Assembly: GCA_965541585.1 (NCBI GenBank)
Contig: CBEUCH010000007.1
Coordinates: forward strand, 32,001 to 96,000
Direction: 5' to 3'
Length of the DNA stretch: 64,000 bases
Source: an uncultured bacterium
GTDB lineage: Bacteria > Zixibacteria > MSB-5A5 > UBA10806
Below the pieces are notes generated by a model that searched no databases, was not told the DNA's origin, and was given only the letters and a program-made list of their open reading frames with translations. Positions 48,318 to 58,061 of this stretch are shown here, in pieces (position 1 is the stretch's first letter; each line of letters starts with the position of its first letter). The translations under genes and the position numbers were made by a program.

Positions 48318-48953
48318 ATGGATTTGAATTATTCACTCGGTCAGAGGATAAAGCTAATATTGGCGTCTATCCTGGGGCCGTTTCTGATCTTGCTGTACGG
48401 CTGGACGTGGCGGCTGCGATGGGACGGAGTTGAGAATCTCCAGGATGCGCGCCGGGTTTCGGATAAGGTCATATTGGCGACCTGGCATTCAAGGCTGCTG
48501 GGGTTAACCTATGCTCATCGATTCCGTAATATCGGAATAATGGTTTCCAAATCGTTCGATGGTGAGTGGATCGCCAGAATAGTGGCACGTCTCGGTTACC
48601 GTGTCTTCAGAGGTTCCACAGGCAAAGACGGTGTGACCGCACTTTTGCAAATGCTTAGAAGCGAAAACGGCGATCTTGCGCTGACGGTGGATGGGCCGCG
48701 AGGCCCGGCAGAAAAGGTGAAACAGGGCGCAATATCTCTGGCATCGAACGGCAAACTACCGATTGTTCCGATTACCTTTTTGGCCGGCAGTGCCTGGAGG
48801 TTGAGATCGTGGGATCGCTTTATGATCCCCAGGCCGTTCAGCGTCGTCACCGCTGTCTACGGCAGGCATATAATTGTCCCGGAAGATCTGGATAAAAAGA
48901 TTATAAAAAAGTTGTCTTTGGACGTTGAGATGGAGCTAAAGAGAATAGGATAA
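48318..48953 (+). CDS. DUF374 lysophospholipid acyltransferase-like protein (LpxJ-like)
   Basis: WH, S.DGE, RGS, DGPRGP, SWDRF.IP.PF. Confidence 0.85.
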   Translation: MDLNYSLGQRIKLILASILGPFLILLYGWTWRLRWDGVENLQDARRVSDKVILATWHSRLLGLTYAHRFRNIGIMVSKSFDGEWIARIVARLGYRVFRGSTGKDGVTALLQMLRSENGDLALTVDGPRGPAEKVKQGAISLASNGKLPIVPITFLAGSAWRLRSWDRFMIPRPFSVVTAVYGRHIIVPEDLDKKIIKKLSLDVEMELKRIG

Positions 48954-48955
48954 CC

Positions 48956-50203
48956 TTGTTACTTTTGTATCGCATTCTATCTGCAGTTGCCCTGATTCTC
49001 GGGTCGCCTTTTCTATTGGTCAAAGCGATCGTGGGGAGGCATGGTATCCGGGAAAGATTCGGGTATATCAAGAAAAGGGAATCGTCCGGCAAGCTTTTCT
49101 GGTTTCATGCGGCATCGGTCGGGGAGTTGAAGATTATATCATCCGTGATGCCGCAGATCGGTAAGCTAAACAGCGATATTGATTTTGCCGTTTCGACTAC
49201 AACTGCAAGCGGCAAAAGAAGAGCAAAAGAGCTTTTCGGGAATAGAGCATTCATATTTTTACAACCATTAGAATTAGCATCGGCTATTAAAAGAGTACTG
49301 AGCGCCTTAAATCCGGATAAACTGATAATTGTGGAAACTGAAATCTGGCCTCTGCTGGTAACCGTCGCCCGCGACTCCGGCGTGGATCTGTATCTAATAA
49401 ATGCCAGAATGAGGGAGAATTCATTTAAGGCCTATAGAATAATCAAACCTCTCATCGGACCCGTTCTTGCGAAATTTATGCATATTCTATCGCAGACCGA
49501 GGCCGATACAGGCCGATTCAAGGCCTTGGGAGCGGAAAATGCGGAGACTGTCGGCAACCTGAAGTACGATCAGGTTCTCAGTAACGCCGATTCGCCACGG
49601 GCGACATTGGAAATTGCAGCAGATGATCGTTTGATATTCGTTGCCGGTTCCATCAGAAAAGGCGAGTTTGAAATCTTCGCTGATCTGATTGTGAAATCGC
49701 GGGAGCGAGAACTGAAAGTGGGTTTCGTACTTGTGCCCCGGCATATGAAGGATATTGACTTTACATGCCAGGTTTTATCGAGCCGAAAAATCCCTTTTCG
49801 TCTATGGTCCGAGATGACTGAAGCCGATGTTGATTTCGAGACGGTATTGCTGGTCAACACCATGGGGCAGTTACGCGATTTTTACCGGATCAGCGATCTG
49901 GCATTTGTGGGCGGTTCTCTGGTGCCGATCGGCGGCCATGATCCGGTGGAACCGGCGGCGCTGGGGAAACCGGTGATTTTCGGGCCGCATATGGATAATG
50001 CCGGGGAAGCCGCCGTTCTGCTTTTGAGATCGGGAGGGGCGGAAGAGGTTACAGGCGTCGATGATCTCTTAGAAGTACTTATTGATTCGATTCAAAATAA
50101 AGAGTCTCTTGCTCAAAGGGGTGAAAAAAGCAGGAATGCAGTTATCTCTATGACCGGGGCATCCAGGAGAACCGCTCATATACTCCTGGGAGATTCAAGT
50201 TGA
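48956..50203 (+). CDS. waaA: Kdo transferase
   Basis: WFHAASVGE, ETEIWP, GNLKYD, PRH, FVGGSL...GGH...EPA. Confidence 0.95.
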   Translation: MLLLYRILSAVALILGSPFLLVKAIVGRHGIRERFGYIKKRESSGKLFWFHAASVGELKIISSVMPQIGKLNSDIDFAVSTTTASGKRRAKELFGNRAFIFLQPLELASAIKRVLSALNPDKLIIVETEIWPLLVTVARDSGVDLYLINARMRENSFKAYRIIKPLIGPVLAKFMHILSQTEADTGRFKALGAENAETVGNLKYDQVLSNADSPRATLEIAADDRLIFVAGSIRKGEFEIFADLIVKSRERELKVGFVLVPRHMKDIDFTCQVLSSRKIPFRLWSEMTEADVDFETVLLVNTMGQLRDFYRISDLAFVGGSLVPIGGHDPVEPAALGKPVIFGPHMDNAGEAAVLLLRSGGAEEVTGVDDLLEVLIDSIQNKESLAQRGEKSRNAVISMTGASRRTAHILLGDSS

Positions 50204-51177
50204 AAGCAATACTTCTTCTACCGTTTACTTTCATTTATCGTATCATCATATTCTTCTGGGATTTTTATTGGAGGAGTAAAAAACCTGTTGCACTGCCGAC
50301 CCGTGTTATATCGGTCGGCGGCATCACTATTGGTGGTGCCGGTAAGACATCGGTTGCCGGATATATAGCGCAAAACCTGCTCTCCGGAGGCAAAGACGCC
50401 GTCGTTGTGGCGCGCGGATATAAAAGGCTGAAGACAGAGCCCGTGATTCTGACTGCCGAAAATTATTCCTCCTGGGAAGCCTGCGGCGATGAACCGGCCG
50501 CATTGGTAAAATCGGTTCCAGGGCTAACGGTATATATTGATTCGGATAAAACTGCCGCAGCGAGAAAGGCATCGGAGGTTGGTCGGGAAATAATCATTAT
50601 TGATGACGGCTTCCAGCATCGGAAGCTTAAACGCGATGTAGATATTGTGTGCCTCGATGGTATGGATCCGTTCGGAAATGGTTTCCTAATGCCATCGGGG
50701 AGACTGAGAGAGCCAAAAAAATCATTGAGCAGAGCGGATATCATAATAGTTATCGATGGGCCATCGGACAACTCGGATTACATGATGGATCTGCCTCAAG
50801 GAATACCTGTTTTCAGAGGCAAAAAGAATGTTAACTCCGTGGTGTCTCTTCAGGGAGATACAATAAACTTGAAGGGATCGAAGGTGCTGGCTTTTTGCGG
50901 TCTGGGTAATCCCCGGTCATTCCGTGAGAGCCTTCTGGAAACAGGCTGTGATATCGTTGAGCTTTTTGAATTTGGAGATCATCATAGGTACAAATCCGCC
51001 GATCTGGAGAAATTGATAAGAAGTGACAAACAGAATAACGCTGATCATATAGTAACGACGTTAAAAGATGCCGTCAAACTGGATAAAATATGGGCCCAAA
51101 ACCAGCCTCTTTATTACGTTGAGATTGAGATTGAGCTTGATAGAAAGGATGATTTTTTTAGATTGGTTGGCGTATGA
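50200..51177 (+). CDS. lpxK: Tetraacyldisaccharide 4'-kinase
   Basis: GGAGKT, RGY, GDEP, DDGFQH, GRLRE, DHH. Confidence 0.95.
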   Translation: MKAILLLPFTFIYRIIIFFWDFYWRSKKPVALPTRVISVGGITIGGAGKTSVAGYIAQNLLSGGKDAVVVARGYKRLKTEPVILTAENYSSWEACGDEPAALVKSVPGLTVYIDSDKTAAARKASEVGREIIIIDDGFQHRKLKRDVDIVCLDGMDPFGNGFLMPSGRLREPKKSLSRADIIIVIDGPSDNSDYMMDLPQGIPVFRGKKNVNSVVSLQGDTINLKGSKVLAFCGLGNPRSFRESLLETGCDIVELFEFGDHHRYKSADLEKLIRSDKQNNADHIVTTLKDAVKLDKIWAQNQPLYYVEIEIELDRKDDFFRLVGV

Positions 51178-52781
51178 TCTACGATTGTGACATACTGGTG
51201 ATAGGTTCCGGGATAGGAGGCTTATATTTCGCGCTTGGCGCCGCCCGGTTCGGAAAGGTCGCCGTGGTTACGAAAAAGGCCAAGTGGGATGCCGCCACCA
51301 ATCTGGCCCAGGGGGGGATCGCCTCCGTGATGTCGACAAAAGACAGTTTCGAGAAACATATCGGCGATACGCTGAAGGTGGGGGCAGGCCTGTGCCATAA
51401 AAACATAGTCGAGAAAGTAGTAAGAGCCGGTCCCGACTCGATAAATGACCTCTATCAGATGGGAGTAGAATTCTCCAGGCTTTCAGGAAAGGATAGTTTC
51501 GATTTGGGCAGCGAAGGCGGACATTCTCAGAAGCGGGTGGTGCATGCGGCAGATTTCACCGGCCGGGCTATCGAACATGCTCTTGTGAGCGCCGCCAGGA
51601 ATCATGACAATATAGAAATATTCGAGCATCATTACGCCATCGACCTTATAACACCGCATCATATTTCACCCGATGCAGCGATAAAGGATACCCCGGTTTG
51701 CTACGGGGCCTATGTTCTCGATATTGAAAAGCGCCTGGTGGAGAGATTCCGGGCTAAAGTCACCATGCTGGCCAGCGGCGGCGGAGGCAGAATTTATCTT
51801 CACAATACCAATCCCGATATCGCCACGGCCGATGGTGTCGCCATGGCCTACCTGGCGGGCGCCAGAATTGGGAATCTGGAGTTCGTTCAATTCCATCCGA
51901 CCGCCTTATATCACTCCCATGCATCATCCTTTTTGATCTCCGAGGCTGTGAGAGGCGAGGGCGGGCGGCTCATATTGAAATCCGGCGAGCAATTCATGAA
52001 AAAATATCATGCTAAGGCCGAACTGGCTCCCCGGGATATCGTAGCCCGCGCCATCGATTCGGAGTTGAAGCGGACAGGGAATCACTGCGTATACCTGGAC
52101 GTTACTCATCTGGGCAGAGATTTCTTAAAGAAAAGATTCCCGACGATATATGAAAAGTGCGTTAGCCTCGGTATCGATATTGCGACCACGCCGATCCCGG
52201 TCGTGCCATCGGCTCACTATTTCTGCGGCGGTGTCGTGACCGATGAGTCAGGCAGAACAGATATCAAAAACCTGTATGCCTGCGGAGAGGTGGCCATGAC
52301 CGGCATGCACGGCGCCAACAGGCTGGCATCCAATTCCCTGTTAGAGGCGGTTGCATTCGCCAGTTTCGCCTGTGAAAACCTCGAGTCCGAATATCCCGCA
52401 ATACCGCCTCCGCCTGATATTCCGCCCTGGGACGAATCAGGCGTATTCGATTCCGAGGAGTGGGTTATCGTCTCGCACGACAGAAGTACAATTACCCGCC
52501 TGATGTGGGATTATGTGGGGATAGTGCGTTCCAACAACCGGCTCAAAAAAGCTGACGTTCGATGCCTAATTATGAGTAAGGACATAATCGATTTTTACCG
52601 CAAGAATCCGGTCCGCTCGGAAGTCATTGAACTTCGCAATATGGCCATAACGGCCGGGCTCTTGATAAAAAGCGCCAGGATGAGAAAGGAATCGAGGGGA
52701 CTGCACTATAACATAGATCACCCTGAAAAAGACGATGAGAATTTCTTGCACGATACGATATTAAAGCAGGAGGAGATTTGA
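51174..52781 (+). CDS. nadB: L-aspartate oxidase
   Basis: AQGGIA, EGGHS, QFHPT, LAPRDIVARAI, HGANRLASNSLLE, ESRGLH. Confidence 0.96.
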   Translation: MIYDCDILVIGSGIGGLYFALGAARFGKVAVVTKKAKWDAATNLAQGGIASVMSTKDSFEKHIGDTLKVGAGLCHKNIVEKVVRAGPDSINDLYQMGVEFSRLSGKDSFDLGSEGGHSQKRVVHAADFTGRAIEHALVSAARNHDNIEIFEHHYAIDLITPHHISPDAAIKDTPVCYGAYVLDIEKRLVERFRAKVTMLASGGGGRIYLHNTNPDIATADGVAMAYLAGARIGNLEFVQFHPTALYHSHASSFLISEAVRGEGGRLILKSGEQFMKKYHAKAELAPRDIVARAIDSELKRTGNHCVYLDVTHLGRDFLKKRFPTIYEKCVSLGIDIATTPIPVVPSAHYFCGGVVTDESGRTDIKNLYACGEVAMTGMHGANRLASNSLLEAVAFASFACENLESEYPAIPPPPDIPPWDESGVFDSEEWVIVSHDRSTITRLMWDYVGIVRSNNRLKKADVRCLIMSKDIIDFYRKNPVRSEVIELRNMAITAGLLIKSARMRKESRGLHYNIDHPEKDDENFLHDTILKQEEI

Positions 52782-54316
52782 GCGGCGCCGGAAAAATACT
52801 GATCGTCGACTATGGCTCGCAATATACCCAGCTTATCGCACGAAGAATAAGGGAATCAAAGGTATATTCGGAGATAGTCAGCTGTAATCACAGTCTCGAC
52901 CATTATGACTTTTCCGACGTTGCCGGCATCATCCTTTCAGGCGGGCCGTCATCGGTGTTCGATAAAGGTGCGCCTAAGCTCGATAAGCGGCTATTGTATG
53001 TGGGTCGGCCCGTGCTGGGGATTTGCTACGGGCTTATGCTGATGGCTATGAATATAGGCGGTGGAATCGGCATTTCCAGGCGACGGGAATACGGACGCGC
53101 CATGATGATCCGGACCGGCAGATCCGATCTTTTGAAGAAACTGCCCTCCAGATGCCAGGTCTGGATGAGCCATGGTGATCATGTCGAAAAACTTCCGCTG
53201 GGATTTAAGGGGATTGGATCTACCGAGGCCCTGGGATTTGCCGCCATAGCCAATCAGAAGCGCAGGCTGTACGGGGTGCAGTTTCACCCGGAGGTGGCGC
53301 ATTCCGAGTACGGCAAACAGATTCTGCATAATTTCCTTTTCGATATCTGCAAATGCAAGCCGACCTGGTCGCCTGCATCGTTTATCAATAGTTCTGTAAA
53401 CGAGATCAAGAAAACGGTTGGCCCGGGAAAAGTGATCTGCGCCCTGTCCGGCGGCGTAGATTCGGCGGTGGTGGCGATGCTGTTGAATAAGGCTGTCGGC
53501 AAGCGGGCGGTATCGGTTTTTATCGATAACGGGCTGTTGCGCCTGAACGAAGCCGAACAGGTGAAGGCCGCCTTCAAGAAATTCGGGCTGAATCTCAAGA
53601 CGGTGGACGCCTCGGCGATGTTTCTCAGGCGGCTGAAAGGTGTAGCCGATCCGGAGATGAAACGCAAAAAAATCGGCCGGGCCTTTATCGAGGTTTTCAC
53701 GAAGGAAGCGGCGAGGATCGGCAAGGTCGATTTCCTGGCGCAGGGGACATTGTATCCCGATCTGATCGAATCGGTCTCCTTCAAAGGGCCGTCGGCGACA
53801 ATAAAGACGCATCATAACGTCGGCGGGCTGCCGAGGCGGATGCGACTGAGGCTGATCGAACCGTTAAGAGAGCTTTTCAAAGACGAGGTCCGGGCAGTTG
53901 GCCGAAGGCTCGGCCTGCCGAAAGATTTCATAGGTCGTCACCCGTTCCCCGGGCCGGGGCTGGCGGTGCGGATCCTTGGGGCCGTAACGCCGGAACGATT
54001 GACGATACTGCGCGAAGCCGACTATATATTCATCTCTGAGCTCCGCAAATGGAAGCTGTATGATGATACCTGGCAGGCGCTGGCCGTGCTTTTGCCGGTC
54101 CGGTCGGTGGGTGTCATGGGGGATGAGCGCACCTACGAGAACGTCGTCGCGCTGCGCGCCGTGACCTCCCTGGATGCCATGACCGCCGACTGGGCTCACC
54201 TGCCCGACGATTTCCTCTCCCATGTCTCCAACCGCATCATAAGAGAGGTCAAGGGGATAAACCGAGTGGTCTATGACGTCTCCTCCAAACCCCCCGCGAC
54301 GATTGAGTGGGAGTGA
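52778..54316 (+). CDS. guaA: GMP synthase (glutamine-hydrolysing)
   Basis: GSQYTQLIARR, QFHPEV, LSGGVDS, IKTHHNVGG, KPPATIEWE. Confidence 0.98.
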   Translation: MSGAGKILIVDYGSQYTQLIARRIRESKVYSEIVSCNHSLDHYDFSDVAGIILSGGPSSVFDKGAPKLDKRLLYVGRPVLGICYGLMLMAMNIGGGIGISRRREYGRAMMIRTGRSDLLKKLPSRCQVWMSHGDHVEKLPLGFKGIGSTEALGFAAIANQKRRLYGVQFHPEVAHSEYGKQILHNFLFDICKCKPTWSPASFINSSVNEIKKTVGPGKVICALSGGVDSAVVAMLLNKAVGKRAVSVFIDNGLLRLNEAEQVKAAFKKFGLNLKTVDASAMFLRRLKGVADPEMKRKKIGRAFIEVFTKEAARIGKVDFLAQGTLYPDLIESVSFKGPSATIKTHHNVGGLPRRMRLRLIEPLRELFKDEVRAVGRRLGLPKDFIGRHPFPGPGLAVRILGAVTPERLTILREADYIFISELRKWKLYDDTWQALAVLLPVRSVGVMGDERTYENVVALRAVTSLDAMTADWAHLPDDFLSHVSNRIIREVKGINRVVYDVSSKPPATIEWE

Positions 54317-54329
54317 AGGAAGAGAAGAA

Positions 54330-55391
54330 ATGAATAATCTGAAAATAGTCTTGATTAAAGATGAAACGATTCTTGATGTATCAGCAAGTAAATATCAAAC
54401 AGAGAACTACAGCGGAGAGGGGATTGTTTTAGACATTAGATCTCGCGATGGATATAGAGAAACTGTTGGATGTGTTATTTCATCAATATTGGCAGCAATC
54501 GAAGGAAAAAACCTGTCTGGCAAATCGAGCAGGTTAACAGAATATGAGAAAGTTGTCTTGTCGGTTCGAGCTTATTGTAATCGAAATTTCCACCCAGATG
54601 ACAAAAATGAGATCCTAATTATCACGGATAACTACAATAATCTTATAAATAGAAAAGGCGATATTTCTAAGGTCAAAGACGAAATAAGAAGAAAATTGTT
54701 TGTATTCTTCAACAGTAGGGCAAGAGAATATATCAATGGTCTGAGCCTTTATTGTTCTATGTATTATGATATTTCCATTATAAGGGACTCATTGTCATTA
54801 TTAAAGGAAATAGGGGATATTAAACCTATGAATCGGGCAGGCACTTGGGATGCTTACAGTATTGATCACTGGCATGAGCAATATAGGCTTATGCCTGAAA
54901 TCTATAAAGAGATGGAGACAGAAATTCATCAAAAACAGTCTATAATATTGAATAATAATAATTCATCGGCTACCAAGATCGAGAAATTTGATTTTTTCAT
55001 ATGCCATGCTAGCGAAGATAAAGATCTATATGTAAGGGAATTAGCCAATAAGCTTAAAGATGAGCCATTTGATATTTGGTATGATGAGTTTTCGCTTTCT
55101 TGGGGCGATAGTCTAAGGCAAAGTATAGAAAAAGGATTAAAAGAATCAAAGCATGGAATAGTCGTATTAAGTGATAATTTTTTCGCAAAAGATTGGCCTC
55201 AGAGGGAATTAGACGGTCTTTTTGAGCTGGAAAGTCAGAATAAAAAAATACTACCGATTTGGCTTAGGATAGACAGAGATGGTATCGCGAAGTATTCACC
55301 AATACTTGCTGGCCGTCTGGCATTAAAGGCCAAAGATGGGTTTGATAAGATAATTAATGAAGCCAAAAAGCTACTCGGAAGAAATCAATAG
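54330..55391 (+). CDS. TIR-domain protein (C-terminal TIR, unknown N-terminus)
   Basis: DFFICHASEDK...WYDEF...GDSL...GIVVLS.NFF...WPQREL; AT-rich; ATG at 54330. Confidence 0.9.
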   Translation: MNNLKIVLIKDETILDVSASKYQTENYSGEGIVLDIRSRDGYRETVGCVISSILAAIEGKNLSGKSSRLTEYEKVVLSVRAYCNRNFHPDDKNEILIITDNYNNLINRKGDISKVKDEIRRKLFVFFNSRAREYINGLSLYCSMYYDISIIRDSLSLLKEIGDIKPMNRAGTWDAYSIDHWHEQYRLMPEIYKEMETEIHQKQSIILNNNNSSATKIEKFDFFICHASEDKDLYVRELANKLKDEPFDIWYDEFSLSWGDSLRQSIEKGLKESKHGIVVLSDNFFAKDWPQRELDGLFELESQNKKILPIWLRIDRDGIAKYSPILAGRLALKAKDGFDKIINEAKKLLGRNQ

Positions 55392-55393
55392 CC

Positions 55394-55476
55394 GTAGGTC
55401 AGGAGCCCAACGGGCTCCTGACGAATGAATGAAAATGCTGTATGAAAACGTCAGGAGCTTTCAGCTTCTGACCTGC
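55394..55476. repeat. GTAG-type REP doublet
   Basis: GTAGGTCAGGAGC-N7-GCTCCTGAC and inverted copy GTCAGGAGC-N5-GCTTCTGACCTGC. Confidence 0.8.
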
Positions 55477-55487
55477 CACCAAAGTAT

Positions 55488-55727
55488 ATGAAAGAAAAAA
55501 TTGGTCAAGCTTTATTCGCCATTGTGGCAATCATCCAGACTATTCTGCACTATCTCGGGTTATTGGGTATTATATTGGGCATTATAGCTTTGATATTTAA
55601 AAACACGGGACGGGGAATCGAACTTTTAATTGGCGGAGCTTCTTTTATAGTAATGAAATATCTTATTGGAATTATTTTTCATTTAGTTATTCGTATATTT
55701 AAATTATCTAATGAAAGAGAGCAGTAG
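55488..55727 (+). CDS. Small hypothetical membrane protein
   Basis: 79 aa, two hydrophobic segments, AT-rich. Confidence 0.6.
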   Translation: MKEKIGQALFAIVAIIQTILHYLGLLGIILGIIALIFKNTGRGIELLIGGASFIVMKYLIGIIFHLVIRIFKLSNEREQ

Positions 55728-55816
55728 GTCGGATTAACTGCGCTGTCAGGAACCTCATACGAGCCGTATGGCCTTTCCTGACAGGCAGCGTAATCGTCGG
55801 GAAGGGATTCCCGACG
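55724..55816. repeat. REP-like nested palindromes
   Basis: GTAGGTCGGATTA...CTGTCAGGAA...TTCCTGACAG...TAATC and CGTCGGGAA/TTCCCGACG. Confidence 0.65.
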
Positions 55817-55916
55817 CCGCTGGGAAAACTTGCTATAACTCTGAATAAAGCCTCAGCGGACAAAATATCTTGACATCGCAAGCGTCACTTATTCATTAGA
55901 CCACGAGGAGTCGATA

Positions 55917-56099
55917 TTGCTGAGAATAGTCTTAATAATACTGGCCGCACTAATTCTGTACAGACTATTATCATCCCTGTTCAGACTTACGGCGAGGAAA
56001 CCTCCGCGGGAAATGCCGAAGAGAAAGCGGCCGGGAAAAGAGGTCGGCGAGGGCTGGATCGTGGATGAGAAAACTGACGAGGAGGCGAAGGACGAGTAG
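55917..56099 (+). CDS. Small single-TM hypothetical protein
   Basis: GAGGAG RBS, TTG start, N-terminal TM, charged tail. Confidence 0.55.
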   Translation: MLRIVLIILAALILYRLLSSLFRLTARKPPREMPKRKRPGKEVGEGWIVDEKTDEEAKDE

Positions 56100-56132
56100 G
56101 TCAAAATCACCGTGGTTTTGACATCCCGGCTC

Positions 56133-56888
56133 ATGTTGAGTTTTTCAGATAAGATCGTATTAATAACCGGCGGGTCGCGAGGTATCGGCGCGGCCACTGC
56201 CAGGTTATTCGCCGAACTGGGTGCCGATGTTGCAATCAACTATTATGCGAATAAGCCGGAGGCCGAAAAGGTCAAAGCGGACATTGATAAAATGGGGCGG
56301 AAATGCCTGATCGTGGAAGCCGACGTCGGCAAAAGGGCTGATTGCGAGAACCTGGTCAAAGCCACTATCGCTAAATTCGGCAGACTCGATATCCTCGTAA
56401 ACAATGCCGGTATCTGGACCGAGGCCGCCATCGAGGATATGACCGATGAGATCCTCGACCGCACCATAGATGTCAATCTCAAGGGCTGTTTCTACACCAC
56501 CTCGGCGGCTGTTCCTTATATGAAAAAGCAGAAATCCGGCAATATAATCTTTGTTTCCTCCACCGCCGCCCAGCGTGGCGAGGCCCGGCACTCTCATTAT
56601 GCGGCAACCAAAGGCGCCCTGATATCGCTGACAAAATCGCTCTGCCCGGAACTGGCTACCTGTGGAATAAGAGTCAACTGCGTGGCCCCCGGATGGGTTG
56701 ATACCGATATGAGTCATGATGCGCTAACCGGTTCCGACGGCCCCCAATATGTCTCGCTCATACCATTGGCCCGCGGAGCTGCAGCTGAGGAGCTTGCAGG
56801 GCCTATCGTTTTTCTGGCATCCGATTGGGCAAGCTTCATTACCGGCGAGGTTCTCAATGTCAATGGCGGCGCGGTACTTGCGGGATAG
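56133..56888 (+). CDS. SDR-family oxidoreductase (FabG-like)
   Basis: TGGSRGIG, NNAG, YAATK, PGWVDTDM. Confidence 0.92.
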   Translation: MLSFSDKIVLITGGSRGIGAATARLFAELGADVAINYYANKPEAEKVKADIDKMGRKCLIVEADVGKRADCENLVKATIAKFGRLDILVNNAGIWTEAAIEDMTDEILDRTIDVNLKGCFYTTSAAVPYMKKQKSGNIIFVSSTAAQRGEARHSHYAATKGALISLTKSLCPELATCGIRVNCVAPGWVDTDMSHDALTGSDGPQYVSLIPLARGAAAEELAGPIVFLASDWASFITGEVLNVNGGAVLAG

Positions 56889-56933
56889 CTATAGGCCGAT
56901 ATGTTCGCCGACCACCTTTTTGAACCTTTATAG

Positions 56934-56962
56934 TTGACATCCAATATCGCAAAAGATATTAT
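56934..56962 (+). promoter_or_regulatory. Sigma70-type promoter
   Basis: TTGACA-17 nt-TATTAT. Confidence 0.6.
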
Positions 56963-57002
56963 GGCGGATACGGATAATTGTAACGTGGGAAATTAGTTTT
57001 TT

Positions 57003-57977
57003 GTGGACGTTCTAATGGATTTTTCCAGCGTATTCGCCCCGATCTCCAACCAGTTAAAGGAATTCGAGTCGGAATTAAAGAGAGCTCTTGAAACGGATTC
57101 TCCTATAATTGGTCGCATAACAGACCATCTTTATGGCTCGTCCGGAAAACGTTTGCGCCCGGCGCTTTTGTTTCTCGCCTCGGGAGAGAAGAACCAATCA
57201 TCCCTTTACGCAGCCCTCGCGATCGAGTTGATTCATACTGCTACTTTGCTTCATGATGACGTGATAGACGAATCCATCACGAGGCGAAGCATCGAAACCG
57301 TCAACCATAAATGGAACAATCTTGTTTCGGTATTGATGGGGGATTACTTCTTTGCCAAAGCGTTCGGTATGCTGGTGAAATCCGACTCTCCCGGGCTTAT
57401 GGAGACATTTGCCGAGGCTACGGAACGAGTCTCCATCGGGGAACTCACCCAGGAGTCTTATACCGGCAATTTCGATATCGCCGAAGAGACATACTTAAGC
57501 ATAATAGGCGATAAGACAGCGTCGCTATTCGCCTGCTCGGCGGAGGCCGGCGCCATCTGTTCCGGGCAAAACGGTGATTTACGACGGGAATTGAGAAGCT
57601 ACGGCGAGAATATCGGGCTGGCATTCCAGATTACCGATGATATTCTCGATTTGATAGGCGAAACCAAGAAAACCGGTAAATCGCTGGGATCGGATATACG
57701 CGAGGGCTGGGTTACTCTGCCACTGATAAAGGCTCTGAAAAATGATAATGGGAATTCCCGTGAGAGATTCAAAAAGATCCTGGGCGCTGATGTCGGCCAG
57801 GCGGACATCGCCGAGGTGGTGAATTTCGTAAGGGAAAATGGCGGAATTGAATATGCGGAACAAAAGGCAAGACATTACGTTGAAAGGGCGGTGGATATTC
57901 TCGGCGGCCTTGATGGCCTGCCAATGAAACCGGCGCTGGAGGATCTTGCCACTCTGGCCGCCATAAGGGATAGATAG
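57003..57977 (+). CDS. Polyprenyl diphosphate synthase
   Basis: GKRLRP, LLHDDVID, KTASLF, FQITDDILD. Confidence 0.95.
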   Translation: MDVLMDFSSVFAPISNQLKEFESELKRALETDSPIIGRITDHLYGSSGKRLRPALLFLASGEKNQSSLYAALAIELIHTATLLHDDVIDESITRRSIETVNHKWNNLVSVLMGDYFFAKAFGMLVKSDSPGLMETFAEATERVSIGELTQESYTGNFDIAEETYLSIIGDKTASLFACSAEAGAICSGQNGDLRRELRSYGENIGLAFQITDDILDLIGETKKTGKSLGSDIREGWVTLPLIKALKNDNGNSRERFKKILGADVGQADIAEVVNFVRENGGIEYAEQKARHYVERAVDILGGLDGLPMKPALEDLATLAAIRDR

Positions 57978-58004
57978 ACTTTAGACGTTGACGGGTAAGT
58001 CCTG

Positions 58005-58037
58005 GCCACTCTGTTCGATAGTATGAGTGGCTTTTTT
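58005..58037 (+). terminator. Possible intrinsic terminator
   Basis: GCCACTC...GAGTGGC followed by T6. Confidence 0.45.
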
Positions 58038-58061
58038 GTCGGATAAAGGTCGGTAACTTTT

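Noticed and set aside
54273..54329. ORF-track start of the TIR gene inside guaA
   Set aside because: It overlaps the guaA coding end; ATG at 54330 after a purine-rich stretch is more plausible.
54290..55900. Integrative element at the guaA 3' end
   Set aside because: No integrase ORF, and I could not find a duplicated guaA 3' end downstream.
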